Source: Deltaproteobacteria bacterium (lineage in GTDB: Bacteria; Myxococcota_A; Polyangia; Polyangiales; Houyiibacteriaceae). From it: a stretch of 64,000 nt of DNA. The stretch covers positions 87,878 to 151,877 of the forward strand of contig JAXMNT010000013.1 of assembly GCA_034670305.1 (NCBI GenBank), written 5' to 3'. The notes below the pieces were generated by a model, which was not told the DNA's origin, did no database searches, and saw only the letters and a list, made by a program, of their open reading frames with translations. Shown piece by piece: positions 51,677 through 62,864 of the stretch (within the stretch, counting starts at the first letter, position 1; every line of letters starts with the position of its first letter). The translations under genes were made by a program, and so were the position numbers.

Positions 51677-53035
51677 ATGACGCGCGTGTTGGTGGTCGAC
51701 GACGAGGAGAACATCCGCCTCGTCTTGAAGACCTTGCTACGGAAACACGGGTACGAACCCTCGGTGGCCGCGAGCGCGGAAGAGGCGCTCGAACTCGTAG
51801 ACGACGTGGAGCCCGACTTCATCATCGCCGACGTGCGCATGCCCGGCATGACCGGCATCGAGATGGTCGCGGAGCTGACGCGCCGAAAGAGTTCTGCCGT
51901 CACCATCGTCATGAGCGCCTACGGCTCGGTCGAGCTCGCGCTCGAGGCCATGAAAGCGGGCGCGTACGACTACATCAGCAAGCCGTTCAAGCAGGACGAG
52001 GTCTTGCTCGCTCTGCGCAAAGCCGAAGAGCGCGAGTCCCTCAAACAAGAGAACGCGCGGCTCCGCAAACGGGTCCGCGAGCAGTCCTCCTTCGGCACGA
52101 TGATCGGCAGCTCCCCGGCGATGCAGGACGTGTTCCGCACCATCGAGAAGGTCGCCGGCTACACCACCACGGTGCTCGTCCAGGGCGAGAGCGGCACCGG
52201 CAAAGAGCTCGTCGCCCGGGCGCTCCACGATCGATCGACGCGGGCCAAACAACCCTTCGTCGCGATCAACTGCGGGGCCATTCCTGGCAACCTGCTCGAG
52301 AGCGAACTCTTCGGCCACAAACGCGGCGCCTTCACCGACGCCCACGCAGACAAGAAGGGCCTCTTCGAGAGCGCCGACGGCGGCACCCTGTTCCTGGACG
52401 AGCTCGGTGAACTCCCCCTCGCGCTTCAAGTGAAGCTCCTGCGCGTCTTGCAAGAGAGCAGCGTGCGCCCGCTCGGCGGCACCAAGGACATCAAGGTCGA
52501 CGTGCGCGTCGTGGCCGCGACGGTCCGGGTGCTCTCCGACGAAGTCGAGAGCGGCAACTTCCGCGAAGACCTCTACTACCGCCTGAACGTCTTGCAGGTC
52601 GACGTGCCTCCCCTGCGCGAACGCAAAGAAGACATCCCGCTCCTCATCGAACACTTCCTCGAGCGGAACAACGAACGCCTCGGCACGAAGATCCGCGGCA
52701 TCGCCGACAAGACCCGCAAGCTCCTTCTCGCCCACCACTGGCCGGGCAACGTGCGCGAACTCGAGAACATCATCGAACGCGCCGCGGTGCTCGCGGAGAC
52801 GGACGTCCTCCAAGTCGAAGACCTGCCCGAGCGCATGCGCGAACCCACCGACCCCTCCCGCCTCTTCCTCGCGAGCGGCGAGCTCTCGATCAAGAAGATG
52901 CAGCGCTTCATGGAGCGCACCCTCATCGCCCGCGCCCTCGAAGAGACCGGCGGCAACCGAACCGCCGCCTCCAAACTCCTCGAAATCAGCCACCGCGCCC
53001 TGCTCTACAAGATCAAAGACTACGGCCTGAAGTAG
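51677..53035 (+). CDS. NtrC-family sigma-54-dependent response regulator
   Basis: REC (VVDDE, ADVRMP, KPF), [29 protein letters not shown]; real start ATG 51677. Confidence 0.95.
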   Translation: MTRVLVVDDEENIRLVLKTLLRKHGYEPSVAASAEEALELVDDVEPDFIIADVRMPGMTGIEMVAELTRRKSSAVTIVMSAYGSVELALEAMKAGAYDYISKPFKQDEVLLALRKAEERESLKQENARLRKRVREQSSFGTMIGSSPAMQDVFRTIEKVAGYTTTVLVQGESGTGKELVARALHDRSTRAKQPFVAINCGAIPGNLLESELFGHKRGAFTDAHADKKGLFESADGGTLFLDELGELPLALQVKLLRVLQESSVRPLGGTKDIKVDVRVVAATVRVLSDEVESGNFREDLYYRLNVLQVDVPPLRERKEDIPLLIEHFLERNNERLGTKIRGIADKTRKLLLAHHWPGNVRELENIIERAAVLAETDVLQVEDLPERMREPTDPSRLFLASGELSIKKMQRFMERTLIARALEETGGNRTAASKLLEISHRALLYKIKDYGLK

Positions 53036-53043
53036 CCCCCCCG

Positions 53044-53250
53044 GCGGTCGGCAGCGGCATCGGCAGCAGCATCGGCTTCGGCCTCGGCTTCGGATTCGGC
53101 ATCGGCATCGGCATCGGCACCGGCATCGGCTTCGGCGTCGGCGTCGGCGTCGGCGTCGGCTTCGGCATCGGCATCGGCTTCGGCTTCGGCTTCGGCATCG
53201 GCACTTCGGCCTCGGCACTTCGGCTTCGGCTTCGGATTCGGCTTCGGCGT
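53044..53250. repeat. Intergenic hexamer tract (GGCATC/GGCTTC/GGCGTC)
   Basis: Directly visible, between convergent genes. Confidence 0.9.
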
Positions 53251-53278
53251 CAGCCTCTGTTTCGGCTCCGCGTCGCTC

Positions 53279-54985
53279 TCAAAGGCACGTCGGGTTCACG
53301 CAGTAGCCGGCCGAACACGCATATCCAACCGCGCACATCGCAGTCGTCTCGCACACCGGCTGGCACGTCTGAGTCTCTGGCTCGCACGCGAGTCCGCCGG
53401 GCCATCGGTCGGTGACCTCAGCGCGCTCGTTGGCACTCTCGCAACCATCGGTGCACGGGCTGCCCACGTTCACTTCGCCCGGCGGGCCCTCGACCACCCG
53501 AGCCAAGCACTGAACCTGGATCCATCCGCCATGGACCGAGCGCCCCCCGCCGTCCGAAGAACGAAACTGCACCCGTTGGGGTCTGGTGGGAGGACACGCC
53601 ATGAGGAGGTCGCTGCCCGGCGCCGGCATGTCGGAACCTTCGTAGAACCATCCGTCTCCCGGCTCATCGAAACGCAGCTGCTGGACCCGGCAGACTTCGC
53701 GGCTCGTGCCATCGTACCCAACCTGCGTCCGGACCCGCGTCCAGCCCGTGAGCTGCGAACACCGAGTCACGGGCCCGTCGGACGGCAACGTCTCGGTCAC
53801 CTCGCAGGCCACGAGGCCATCCGATCCGACGTTCACCGGTCGGGCGAGGCACGTGCTCACGAGCGCGTGCGAGATGCGCGAGAGGATGTGCTCCACGGCG
53901 TCCGAGTAGTCCTCCGCACAGACGCTCTGGACCACGGCACCCGCGCCACGTGCTTCGAGCGCGCGCGCCGCCTCCACGATTCGTCGCGGCGGAAACGCGA
54001 GGCCGGTTCCGGGACGGTCGCAAGAAGGACGCAGCCGGGAGGTCATCCCTGGGTCGATCACTTGCTGCATGTCCGGATGGGTGAGCAGCGCGTCCCAGTC
54101 GATCGCAAACGAGAGATCGGGGTTCGCTCGCTCTGGAACGCCAGCGACCGCCGCGAAGAAGAACCGGCTCGCGTCGGGGCGCACCGCCAGCATCCCGTCC
54201 ACCCACCGTTCGACGGGCTGGAGGGCACCCGGGTAGAAGGGACACCGCAGGTTGAAGTCGCCCGTGTAGCGTTCCGAGTCCAAGTCGAGAAGTTCCGGGT
54301 CGCGCACCGAACAGTCGTCTTCATCGGTCAGCATCCAGACGACGAGCAATGAGGTGGGGCGTAGGAACCCCTCGTTCATTCCGTCTCCGTGGCCACGCCC
54401 CGATAGGAAGGCGATGGGAGAATCGTCGCGCGTGACCGCCTTGAGCGAAGCCTCCAACGGCTGCTCCACCGAACATCCGTCCGTACCCATGGCGGCGACA
54501 CAGTTCACCTCGGACGCGAACGCCGAGGGGTCGCCCCCGTCCGCGGGGCGGAACTCGAGGAACGAGGGGTAGCTCGCCATGCAGCCGGGGATGCCGACGT
54601 TGCCACTCGTCCGCAACACTCCGTCGTCCCCCGTGCCCAAGTCGCACGTCGCGAGCAAGTGGTCGCCTGTCCCCATGTCGGTCGACACCACCCCGACGTG
54701 CAGGCTGTCGATGGGTCGCACCTCGGGGGTGCCGTCCCCATCCACGTCACCGCTCGCAAGTCGGTAGACGATCCGCGGGATCTCTGCAGCCAACAACCCC
54801 TGCTCCTGTCCCATCGATCCGGAGTTGTCGATGACGAAGAGCAGGTCCACCTCCTCCACTGCGTCGGTCTGAACACCGATCACGGGGGTGAGAAGCACAC
54901 ACGGGTGGATCGGAACGAAGTCACGCTCGCCGCATGCCAGAACGCACACGGCGAGCGCGATGGATCGGTGGAGACCCGTCTTCAC
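53279..54985 (-). CDS. Cys-rich vWA (MIDAS) lipoprotein, CglB-like, paralogue 1
   Basis: Lipobox [25 protein letters not shown]. Confidence 0.85.
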   Translation of the reverse strand: MKTGLHRSIALAVCVLACGERDFVPIHPCVLLTPVIGVQTDAVEEVDLLFVIDNSGSMGQEQGLLAAEIPRIVYRLASGDVDGDGTPEVRPIDSLHVGVVSTDMGTGDHLLATCDLGTGDDGVLRTSGNVGIPGCMASYPSFLEFRPADGGDPSAFASEVNCVAAMGTDGCSVEQPLEASLKAVTRDDSPIAFLSGRGHGDGMNEGFLRPTSLLVVWMLTDEDDCSVRDPELLDLDSERYTGDFNLRCPFYPGALQPVERWVDGMLAVRPDASRFFFAAVAGVPERANPDLSFAIDWDALLTHPDMQQVIDPGMTSRLRPSCDRPGTGLAFPPRRIVEAARALEARGAGAVVQSVCAEDYSDAVEHILSRISHALVSTCLARPVNVGSDGLVACEVTETLPSDGPVTRCSQLTGWTRVRTQVGYDGTSREVCRVQQLRFDEPGDGWFYEGSDMPAPGSDLLMACPPTRPQRVQFRSSDGGGRSVHGGWIQVQCLARVVEGPPGEVNVGSPCTDGCESANERAEVTDRWPGGLACEPETQTCQPVCETTAMCAVGYACSAGYCVNPTCL

Positions 54986-56343
54986 CCGGTGGGTCCATCT
55001 TCGGTCGGGATCTCGACGTCGACCAGACACTCGACCCGCACGACGGTGCCGAACGGTGGCACGGCGTCTTCGGTGTACGCGACCGATTCGCAGGTGGCGT
55101 CGCTGGTGTCGTAGAACCAGCCAGTGTCGACTCCGCGCGGCGACTGCGCGACCACGCACACTTCACGGCCGTCGGCGTCGATGCCGTACACGGAGCGCGC
55201 TGGAAGTGCCGCGCACGACATGCCCTCGGGCAGCGTCTCGCGCAGCTCGCATTGCACGGCGCCGTTGTCGTCGGGGGTGAGCGGGCGGGTCGCACACACG
55301 GAGTCGACGCGGCTGCCAATGCGCGCGGCGAGCTCCACGATGGCCGGCTGGAAACTCTCGGCGCAGATGCTGCTCACCAGCGCACCGTCGATGCGGCTCG
55401 CCAGCTCGACGTAGCGCCGGCCCGGTGCGGCTTGCCCGCGGGCGTTCTCACACGCCGGTCGCAGTCCGAGGTCGTTCTCGGTCGTGAGCTCGTAGTCCAT
55501 CTCGCCGCTGGCGAGAATGTCCGCGGGTGAAGCGCCGCTCAAGCTTTCGGGCAGTCCGACGAGCGCAGCAAAGAGGAACTGGTCTTCGCTGCGGCCGGCC
55601 CGCAACGAAGCGAGCAAGCCGTCGATGGGCATCAAGAGTCCGGGCTCCCGCACGCAGCGTTGGTTGAGCTCGACGCCGGTCTCGGTGCCGCCGAAGAACC
55701 CCACCGGATCCTCGAGCGAGCAGTCTTCTTCATCCGAGAGCACGACGACGGCGAGCAGCGCATCGGCGCGCGGGAAGTCGTCTTCTTGATCGAGCGCAGC
55801 CACGGCGGCTGCCAAGGGTTGCTCGAGTCCGCACCCGGCGATGCCGACCTCCGCCACGCATCCGACGGCGGCCGAGAACGCGGCGGCATCGTCGCCCGCT
55901 TCGAACTCGAGCACCGGACCCGATCCGCACGCGCTGACCAACGCGCCATCTTTGCCGCGGTACTCGTTCGCCGCGCAGCGGGTGCCGACGCGGCGGGTGT
56001 CGACCGTGGCACCCCCAGTCCCGAGGTCCGTGGTCACGATGGCGATGCGCAGGGACTCGACCGCGTTCCACTGAGGCATGCCCGAGTCGTCGAGGGGCGG
56101 ATTGGTGAGCGCTTCGACGAGGAGCGGAATTTCTCGACGCAGACTCTCTTGTTCTTCGTCCATCGATCCGGAGTCGTCGATGACGAAGAGCACGTCGACG
56201 TTCGCGGTGCCCTCACCGCCCACCTCACGCTCGAAGAAGCGACTCGTGTGCGGGTTGATCGGTCCGATGCGGCGCTCGTTGCAACCCGCGATCGCGACAC
56301 CCAGCACCAAGCCCAAGACCCACCACGAACGACCCTTCGACAT
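54982..56343 (-). CDS. Cys-rich vWA (MIDAS) lipoprotein, CglB-like, paralogue 2
   Basis: Lipobox IAGC; VDVLFVIDDSGSM; LSDEEDCS. Confidence 0.85.
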   Translation of the reverse strand: MSKGRSWWVLGLVLGVAIAGCNERRIGPINPHTSRFFEREVGGEGTANVDVLFVIDDSGSMDEEQESLRREIPLLVEALTNPPLDDSGMPQWNAVESLRIAIVTTDLGTGGATVDTRRVGTRCAANEYRGKDGALVSACGSGPVLEFEAGDDAAAFSAAVGCVAEVGIAGCGLEQPLAAAVAALDQEDDFPRADALLAVVVLSDEEDCSLEDPVGFFGGTETGVELNQRCVREPGLLMPIDGLLASLRAGRSEDQFLFAALVGLPESLSGASPADILASGEMDYELTTENDLGLRPACENARGQAAPGRRYVELASRIDGALVSSICAESFQPAIVELAARIGSRVDSVCATRPLTPDDNGAVQCELRETLPEGMSCAALPARSVYGIDADGREVCVVAQSPRGVDTGWFYDTSDATCESVAYTEDAVPPFGTVVRVECLVDVEIPTEDGPTG

Positions 56344-56549
56344 CTCCCACATCCCTTCGTTCGGAAGACAGAGGTCTCCCGCCCTGGCGCCGAGGACATC
56401 CCGGCACCCATGCCCCGAGCGCTGGTCTGAACGCGCCTCGTCTCCGAGTTCCACGCTCCGCCATGCCGCTGGGCTTCGAAGGTGTGTCGATCACGGCCGG
56501 GTAGATTTCCAAAGCGGGCCGAAAAAAAATCCGAGGCCGGAGGCGCGGG

Positions 56550-56926
56550 GAAGCGGAAGCGGGAGCGGGAGCGGGAGCGGGGGCGGGAGCGGAAGCGGTG
56601 GCGGTAGCGGTAGCGGAAGCGGTAGCGGAAGCGGTAGCGGTGGCGGGAGCGGAAGCGGTGGCGGTGGCGGTAGCGGTAGCGGTAGCGGGAGCGGTCGGTA
56701 GCCGAACCCGAAGCCGATCCCGAAGCCGACCCCGAAGCCGACCCCGAAGCCGAACCCGAAGCCGACCCCGAATCCGAATCAGAACCCGAATCCGACCCCG
56801 AAGCCGAACCCGAAGCCGATCCCGAAGCCGATCCCGAAGCCGAACCCGAAGCCGATCCCGAAGCCGATCCCGAAGCCGATCCCGAAGCCGATCCCGAAGC
56901 CGATCCCGAAGCCGATCCCGAACCCG
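56550..56926. repeat. Intergenic bipartite hexamer tract
   Basis: (GCGGAA/GCGGTA/GCGGGA)n then (CCGAAG/CCGATC)n. Confidence 0.92.
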
Positions 56927-57050
56927 CCCCCGAGTGGGACCGCCGCGATCGCGACGTCGTGCGCTGTTCCTCCCGCCAACCACGTTGACGTCGGGGCGGT
57001 CCCGCACGGGCTTCGGGTCAGAATCATTCAGCTTTTGCGCTTCCGCCCCC

Positions 57051-57066
57051 TGGCATGGCGCTGGCA
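57051..57066 (+). promoter_or_regulatory. Possible sigma-54 -24/-12 promoter for vWA paralogue 3
   Basis: TGGCATG-N4-TGGCA, correct GG..GC spacing, one mismatch in the -12 element. Confidence 0.35.
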
Positions 57067-57205
57067 TCTCTGGCCACACGAGGATTGATCCAACCCCCCT
57101 GGGAAGGCTATTCTCCCGCGGCTTGCAGGTTCATCCCGCCAGTCGCGCTCGTTGCGCCGGCTGCCCGAACCCACCGCACCTCACTTGCTACAGGACGTAT
57201 TCATC

Positions 57206-58948
57206 GTGTCGACCCTTCCCGCCCCCCTTCGCACCACCCTCGCAGCCACGCTGCTCACGGGCCTCGCGCTTGGTGGTTGTAGCGACCGCGAGCTTCGCCC
57301 GCTGAACCCCTGCACGGTCTCCGGCGTCGCCGAGAGTGTGAAGGTCGACAACATCGAGAACGTCGACCTGCTCTTCATGATCGACAACTCGAACTCGATG
57401 TCGCAGGAGCAGGCCTCGCTGCAGAACGAGATTCCGCGGCTCGTCCGCGTGCTCGCCTCCGGCGACACCGACGAAGACGGCACCCAGGACTTCCCGCCGG
57501 TGCGCAGCCTGCACGTCGGCGTCGTCTCGTCCGACATGGGCACGGGCGGCTTCCTCGTCCCGACCTGCAGCGAATCCAACTTCGGCGACGACGGCATCCT
57601 CCGCACCAGCGGCAACGTCGCCATCCCCGGCTGCATGGCGAGCTACCCCTCGTTCCTCGAGTTCCGCCCGGCGGACGGGGGCGACCCCTCGGCCTTCGCG
57701 TCGGAAGTGAACTGTGTCGCCGGCATGGGCACCAACGGCTGCGGCTTCGAGCAGCAGCTGGACGCCATCCTCAAGGCGGTCACGCCGAGCTCCTCCGCGA
57801 TCACGTTCCACAGCGGCACCGTCGGCCACGCCGACGTCGAGAACTCGGGTTTCCTCCGCCAGGACTCGCTCCTCGCGGTCCTTCTGGTCACGGATGAGGA
57901 CGACTGCTCCGCTTCCGAGCCGGAGCTCTTCAACCCGTCGAGCACCCGCTTCAGCGGCGACCTCAACCTTCGCTGCTTCCAGTTCCAGGACGTCGCCGTC
58001 CACCCGGTCGAGCGCTGGGTCAACGGCATGCTCGCGACCCGCCCGGACCGAGACCTCCTCGTGTTCGCGGCCATCGCCGGCATCCCCGAAGCGGTCAACC
58101 CGGTCTCCGGCACCGCGACTGACTGGGCCGGCATTCTCGCGCACCCGGACATGCAGGAGATGATCGACCCCGGCATGTCGACCCGCCTGCGTCCCTCCTG
58201 TGACCGGCCCGGCACCGGCTTGGCCTTCCCGCCGCGCCGCATCGTGACCGCCGCGCAAATGCTCGAAGCCGGTGGCGCCAACGCCATCGTGCAGACCATC
58301 TGTCAGGACAGCTTCACGGGCGCGATTCAGACCATCATCAACAAGATCGCGGACGTTCTCGGCGGCACCTGCCTGCCGCGTTCGCTCAACCGCGATGCGA
58401 CCGGCCTCGTGAACTGCGACGTCGTCGAAGTCCTCCCGGCCACGGGCGACGTCACCGGATGTGAGCAGGTCGCCGGCCGCGTGTACCTCCGCGACGAAGT
58501 CGACGAAGCGGGCAGCACCCACCAGGTCTGTCAGGTCACCCAGCTCATGCTCGGTGAAGGCGGCGACGGCTGGTTCTACGAGAGCGTCGACGAGCCCGCG
58601 CCCGGCAGCGACATCGCCATGCGTTGCCCGCCCGAGCGTCCCCAGCGCATCGCCTTCACGAGCCCGCCGGCCACCGGCACGACCGTCCGCCTCGAGTGCC
58701 TCCAGACGGTCACCGCCTCCGATGGCATGGTCGACGTGGGTTCGCCCTGTTCGGCCGACTGCAGTTTGGCCAACGGCCGCCGTGAGATCATGGAGCGTTG
58801 GCCGGGACTGCTCGCCTGCGAGCCCGTCTCCCAGACCTGTCAGCCCCAGTGCGCCGGCACCGAGCAGTGCGCCGGCGGCTACGTCTGCGCCGACCTCGAC
58901 GGCGACGGCTCGCAGTTCTGCGTGAACCCGACCTGCGCCATGAACTAG
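57206..58948 (+). CDS. Cys-rich vWA (MIDAS) lipoprotein, CglB-like, paralogue 3
   Basis: Lipobox [25 protein letters not shown]; strongly C-ending codons. Confidence 0.88.
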   Translation: MSTLPAPLRTTLAATLLTGLALGGCSDRELRPLNPCTVSGVAESVKVDNIENVDLLFMIDNSNSMSQEQASLQNEIPRLVRVLASGDTDEDGTQDFPPVRSLHVGVVSSDMGTGGFLVPTCSESNFGDDGILRTSGNVAIPGCMASYPSFLEFRPADGGDPSAFASEVNCVAGMGTNGCGFEQQLDAILKAVTPSSSAITFHSGTVGHADVENSGFLRQDSLLAVLLVTDEDDCSASEPELFNPSSTRFSGDLNLRCFQFQDVAVHPVERWVNGMLATRPDRDLLVFAAIAGIPEAVNPVSGTATDWAGILAHPDMQEMIDPGMSTRLRPSCDRPGTGLAFPPRRIVTAAQMLEAGGANAIVQTICQDSFTGAIQTIINKIADVLGGTCLPRSLNRDATGLVNCDVVEVLPATGDVTGCEQVAGRVYLRDEVDEAGSTHQVCQVTQLMLGEGGDGWFYESVDEPAPGSDIAMRCPPERPQRIAFTSPPATGTTVRLECLQTVTASDGMVDVGSPCSADCSLANGRREIMERWPGLLACEPVSQTCQPQCAGTEQCAGGYVCADLDGDGSQFCVNPTCAMN

Positions 58949-58971
58949 ACCGACTCGGTCGACCTCGACAC

Positions 58972-59004
58972 GACGCCCCTGCGCAACCTGCGCGGGGGCG
59001 TTTT
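58972..59004 (+). terminator. Intrinsic terminator
   Basis: gacgcccctgcgca-acc-tgcgcgggggcgtt stem-loop followed by T-run. Confidence 0.75.
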
Positions 59005-59019
59005 GCGTTGCGGCAGTCG

Positions 59020-59380
59020 GCTCTCGGGATCGGCTTCGGGATCGGCTTCGGGATCGGCGTCGGCGTCGGCTTCGGATTCGGCTTCGGCTTCGGATTCGGG
59101 ATCGGCTTCGGGATCGGCTTCGGCGTCGGCTTCGGATTCGGATTCGGCGTCGGCGTCGGCGTCGGCTTCGGATTCGGGATCGGCAGCAACAGCGCCAGAC
59201 ACAGCAACAGAGCCAGACACAGCAACAGCGCCAGACTCAGCAACAGACTCAGCAACAGAGCCAGACACAGCAACAGAGCCAGACACAGCAACAGAGCCAG
59301 ACACAGCAACAGAGCCAGACACAGACAGCAACAGACACAGCAACAGGGCCAGACTCAGCAACAGAGCCAGACTCAGCAAC
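59020..59380. repeat. Composite tract: hexamers (GGCTTC/GGGATC) then 18-mer CAGCAACAGAGCCAGACA repeats
   Basis: Directly visible; class switch near 59184. Confidence 0.9.
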
Positions 59381-59436
59381 CCGCAACGCAACCGACTGAC
59401 AGGTGACTTCCCGCAGGGCGCGTTAGGCTCCCCCGC

Positions 59437-60831
59437 ATGCGTTGGTCGACGGTGGTGTGGATGGGTCTCTGTGTGGTCGGCTGTGGCGGGGACGACGTTC
59501 CGCCGGCCGATGCGTCCACCGATCTCGGCGCGCCTGTCGATGCGGCGCGCGACGGCTCCGTGGACGGAGCGTCGGAGGATGCGCCGGCCCAGGACGCCGT
59601 CGGCCTGGACGCGCTGGTGGCTGACGCGCCCGCGGACGCGGTGACCGAAGACGCGCCGGCGCCGGACGCCGGCCCCGAGCCGACGACGGTGATCGCGCCG
59701 GTGCCAGGCGAGGTGACCCTCATTCAGATCAACTTGCCGGGCACGTTTCAACTCGGAGAAGCGGGCATCGTTGTCGGACCGGACGGGACGATGCTGCTGA
59801 TGGACGTCGGCAACTCGAGCCACGACGACGACGTGCTCGCGTTGATTCGCGCGCTCAACGAGACTTGGATCACGCCCGCGCGCGGCTTCCCTCCACGCGA
59901 CCCGCGCGAGGTGGAGTGGGTGGTGCTGAGCCATTTTCACGCGGACCACATCGGCGGTTTCGCGGATCTGATGGGCGGCATCGACGTCACGCGCGGCGTC
60001 GTGCACCGCGGCTTCACGGACCTTGGCAGCGGCGTCACGGAGAACGACTACGAGGAAGTCTGCGATCTGGTGCGCGGGGAACTCGCCGCCTTCGACTTCC
60101 CCCTCTGCACCGCGGCCGAGGCTCCACCCTGCAATGCGGACGACTGGAGCGAGACCTACCCGGCGGTGAACTGCGATGGGCTCCTGGCGGGCGACCTCGA
60201 GGTCGCGCTCGACGACGGACCGAGCACCATCACACTCGGAGACGGCGCGGTGATGCGGTTCGTCGGCGCCAGCGCGCACATGTCCACGGGCACCGCCGTG
60301 GTCGCCAGTGCCCCGTTTGCGACCGACGACAACGACTTCGAGAACGCGCGCAGTCTGGTCGCGCTCGTGGAGTACGGCCGGTTTCGATACCACTGGGGCG
60401 GCGACCTGATGGGCGACGGCCCCGACATCGAAGGCCACCTCGTCGCCACTTCCGGCGGTCCCTTCTACGGCCCGCTCGGTATGGACGTCACCCACGCCCA
60501 CCACCACGTGCGGCGGACCAGTTCCAACGCAACGTTCGTGAATGCGATGGCGCCGCTCGATGGCCTGAGCCGAAACGTGGTCGGCGGGATCAACGGCGGC
60601 CACGTCGGCTCGCCACACCTCGACGTGCTGCAGCGCTGGGGCGACTCGGACCGGCTCGGCGCGGGCGCGATCTGGATCACCCAGAGCGCGCCGGGCGGCG
60701 ACGACCACCCCGCGCTCATCGACGCGGACGCGAACGTGATCGTACAGACGATCGGGGCCGGCACCGGCTACCGGGTCCAGGCCGCGCGAGATGCCGCGCC
60801 GATGTCCCGGACCTTCTCGACGGTCCGGTAA
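59437..60831 (+). CDS. Metallo-beta-lactamase-fold (ComEC-like) lipoprotein
   Basis: Lipobox VVGC; L.DVG, SHFHADHIGG, ENARS, GGD, AHHH. Confidence 0.85.
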   Translation: MRWSTVVWMGLCVVGCGGDDVPPADASTDLGAPVDAARDGSVDGASEDAPAQDAVGLDALVADAPADAVTEDAPAPDAGPEPTTVIAPVPGEVTLIQINLPGTFQLGEAGIVVGPDGTMLLMDVGNSSHDDDVLALIRALNETWITPARGFPPRDPREVEWVVLSHFHADHIGGFADLMGGIDVTRGVVHRGFTDLGSGVTENDYEEVCDLVRGELAAFDFPLCTAAEAPPCNADDWSETYPAVNCDGLLAGDLEVALDDGPSTITLGDGAVMRFVGASAHMSTGTAVVASAPFATDDNDFENARSLVALVEYGRFRYHWGGDLMGDGPDIEGHLVATSGGPFYGPLGMDVTHAHHHVRRTSSNATFVNAMAPLDGLSRNVVGGINGGHVGSPHLDVLQRWGDSDRLGAGAIWITQSAPGGDDHPALIDADANVIVQTIGAGTGYRVQAARDAAPMSRTFSTVR

Positions 60832-60835
60832 GCCC

Positions 60836-61200
60836 GGCCGAAGCCGAAGCCGAAGCCGAGGCCGAAGCCGAGGCCGAAGCCGAAGCCGAAGCCGACGCCG
60901 AAGCCGAGGCCGAAGCCGACGCCGAGTCCGAAGCCGAGGCCGACGCCGACGCCGAAGCCGAGGCCGAAGCCGAAGCCGAAGCCCACGAACTGAGCGGCAG
61001 AGTCAGCGGCAGAGTCAGCGGCCGGGACAGCGGCAGGGACAGCGGCAGGGACAGCGGCAGGGACAGCGGCAGGGACAGCGGCAGGGACAGCGGCAGAGAC
61101 AGCGGCAGAGACAGCGGCAGGGACAGCGGCAGAGACAGCGGCAGAGACAGCGGCAGGGACAGCGGCAGAGACAGCGGCAGAGTCCGCGGCGGAGTCAGCG
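60836..61200. repeat. Composite tract: (GCCGAA/GCCGAG)n then 12-mer GGCAGRGACAGC repeats
   Basis: Directly visible, between convergent genes. Confidence 0.9.
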
Positions 61201-61213
61201 GGCTCTCGCTTGT

Positions 61214-62707
61214 TCAACCGCCCCCACGCGAACGGCCGAGTCCACGCTTCTCCAAGAGCCGGTACAACGTCACCTTGTTCACGCCTGCCCGCGCCGCCGC
61301 CTCTTTCACGCGTCCGCCACAGCGCCCGAGCAGGTCTTCGAGGTAGCGGCGCTCGAGGGGGTCGAGCCACCGCTCGCGCATCTCGGCGAGGGTGGGCTCG
61401 CGCGCAGGCACGGGCGCGGGGGGTTGGCGCGTGGTCGATCGAACCAGGTGGTTCGGCAGATGGCCCGGTTCGATGCGCGCGCCGGCCGCCATGATGACCG
61501 CGTGTTCGATCGCGTTCTTGAGTTCGCGCACGTTGCCCGGCCAGTCGTGCGCAAGCAGCACCGCGATGGTGGCGGGGGAGAGGTCGTAACTCGTGGTGCC
61601 GTGGCGTTCGCTCGACTGCTTGAGGAACACCCGCGCCATCACCTCGAGGTTGTCTTCTTTGTAAGCGCGCAGCGGCGGGAGCTCCATCGTCATCACGCTG
61701 AGCCGGTAGTAGAGGTCCGCCCGGAAGGTGCCCTCGCGCATCATCGCCGGCAGATCCCGGTTGGTCGCGCACACGAGACGCACGTCGACGTGGAGCGGCG
61801 CCTCGTTGCTGCCGAGCGGCTGGACTTCCCCGTCTTCCACCGCGCGCAAGACCTTGGCTTGCAATGGCACCGGCAGCTCGCCGAGCTCGTCCAGGAAGAG
61901 CGTACCGCCGTCGGCCTTCTTGAACTCGCCGAGTTTGTCCGCGCTCGCACCAGTGAACGCGCCCTTGCGGTGACCGAAGAGCACGCTCTCGAGCAGGGTC
62001 TCTGGAATGGCGGCGCAGTTCACGGACACGAACGGCTTCGTAGACCGCGCGCTGTTGAAGTGGATCGCGTGCGCCACGAGCTCCTTGCCGGTCCCGCTCT
62101 CGCCATGCACGAGCACCGGGGCGTTCGTGGCCGCGACGCGCTCCATGCGGGACTCGACCTCGAGCCACGCGGACGAGAGGCCCTTGATCAAGAACGGCCG
62201 GCCGCTCCCCTTCTGGCTCGCCCGGTAGAGCTGCGCGCGGCGGAGGAACTTGGTCGACGCCTCCGCGATGGACTCGAGGGCGGCCAGTGTCTCTTGGTCA
62301 AACGCGTGCTTCCGCTGCGAAGAGACGTTGAGCACGCCGATCGCCCGCCCCTGGTACCGGATGGGCACCGCAGCGATCGAGAGCACCTCGAAGAAGTACG
62401 GGGCGTAGTGCGGGTCGCTCGGCGCGTCGTGGCAGAGGTAGGACTCGTTGGCGTCGTAGACGAACGCCGCGACGCCGTTCATCGATCCATCCGCGCGGCG
62501 AAGCGGCACGATCTCATCCGGAAGTGTGACGGTCACCCCGCGCACGACGTGGAAGTGAATCGCCAGACCGTCCTCTTCTTCGTCCCACAGCAGCACCGCC
62601 CCGTGGCGCGCGCCGGTCTGTTCGAGCGCCAGTTCGACGATGCGCCGCTCAAGCGACTCGACATCGGAGGCATCGTGGAGCGCGGTGTCGAGAGGAGTTG
62701 CACTCAT
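61214..62707 (-). CDS. GAF-domain sigma-54 enhancer-binding protein (Fis-type HTH)
   Basis: N-terminal GAF (SIAAVPI..GRAIGVLNV), [25 protein letters not shown]. Confidence 0.93.
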   Translation of the reverse strand: MSATPLDTALHDASDVESLERRIVELALEQTGARHGAVLLWDEEEDGLAIHFHVVRGVTVTLPDEIVPLRRADGSMNGVAAFVYDANESYLCHDAPSDPHYAPYFFEVLSIAAVPIRYQGRAIGVLNVSSQRKHAFDQETLAALESIAEASTKFLRRAQLYRASQKGSGRPFLIKGLSSAWLEVESRMERVAATNAPVLVHGESGTGKELVAHAIHFNSARSTKPFVSVNCAAIPETLLESVLFGHRKGAFTGASADKLGEFKKADGGTLFLDELGELPVPLQAKVLRAVEDGEVQPLGSNEAPLHVDVRLVCATNRDLPAMMREGTFRADLYYRLSVMTMELPPLRAYKEDNLEVMARVFLKQSSERHGTTSYDLSPATIAVLLAHDWPGNVRELKNAIEHAVIMAAGARIEPGHLPNHLVRSTTRQPPAPVPAREPTLAEMRERWLDPLERRYLEDLLGRCGGRVKEAAARAGVNKVTLYRLLEKRGLGRSRGGG

Positions 62708-62753
62708 ACAACTATGTTGTACTGGATTCGTTAGAAGTTGTCATCTAGCAACT
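62707..62753. promoter_or_regulatory. Two palindromes, candidate activator binding sites
   Basis: TACAAC-tat-GTTGTA (62707-62721) and AGTTG-N8-CAACT (62736-62753) in an AT-rich spacer. Confidence 0.5.
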
Positions 62754-62794
62754 CATGCGAACCAAAAAGGCAACAATTACAAGGTGCAGCGGGT

Positions 62795-62810
62795 TGGCAC
62801 CGACCTTGCT
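62795..62810 (+). promoter_or_regulatory. Sigma-54 -24/-12 promoter
   Basis: TGGCAC-N5-TTGCT, near-perfect consensus; AGAGGA RBS downstream. Confidence 0.85.
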
Positions 62811-62864
62811 CTATGGGGTTGCATCACCGACAAGCGCCTTCATCGGCCTACATCAGAGGACACC

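Noticed and set aside
59184-59380. 18-mer array as CRISPR, or as a DTATEP repeat protein (ORF 59003-59644)
   Set aside because: No unique spacers; the ORF is open only because the repeats lack stops, starts in a terminator and overlaps the MBL gene out of frame
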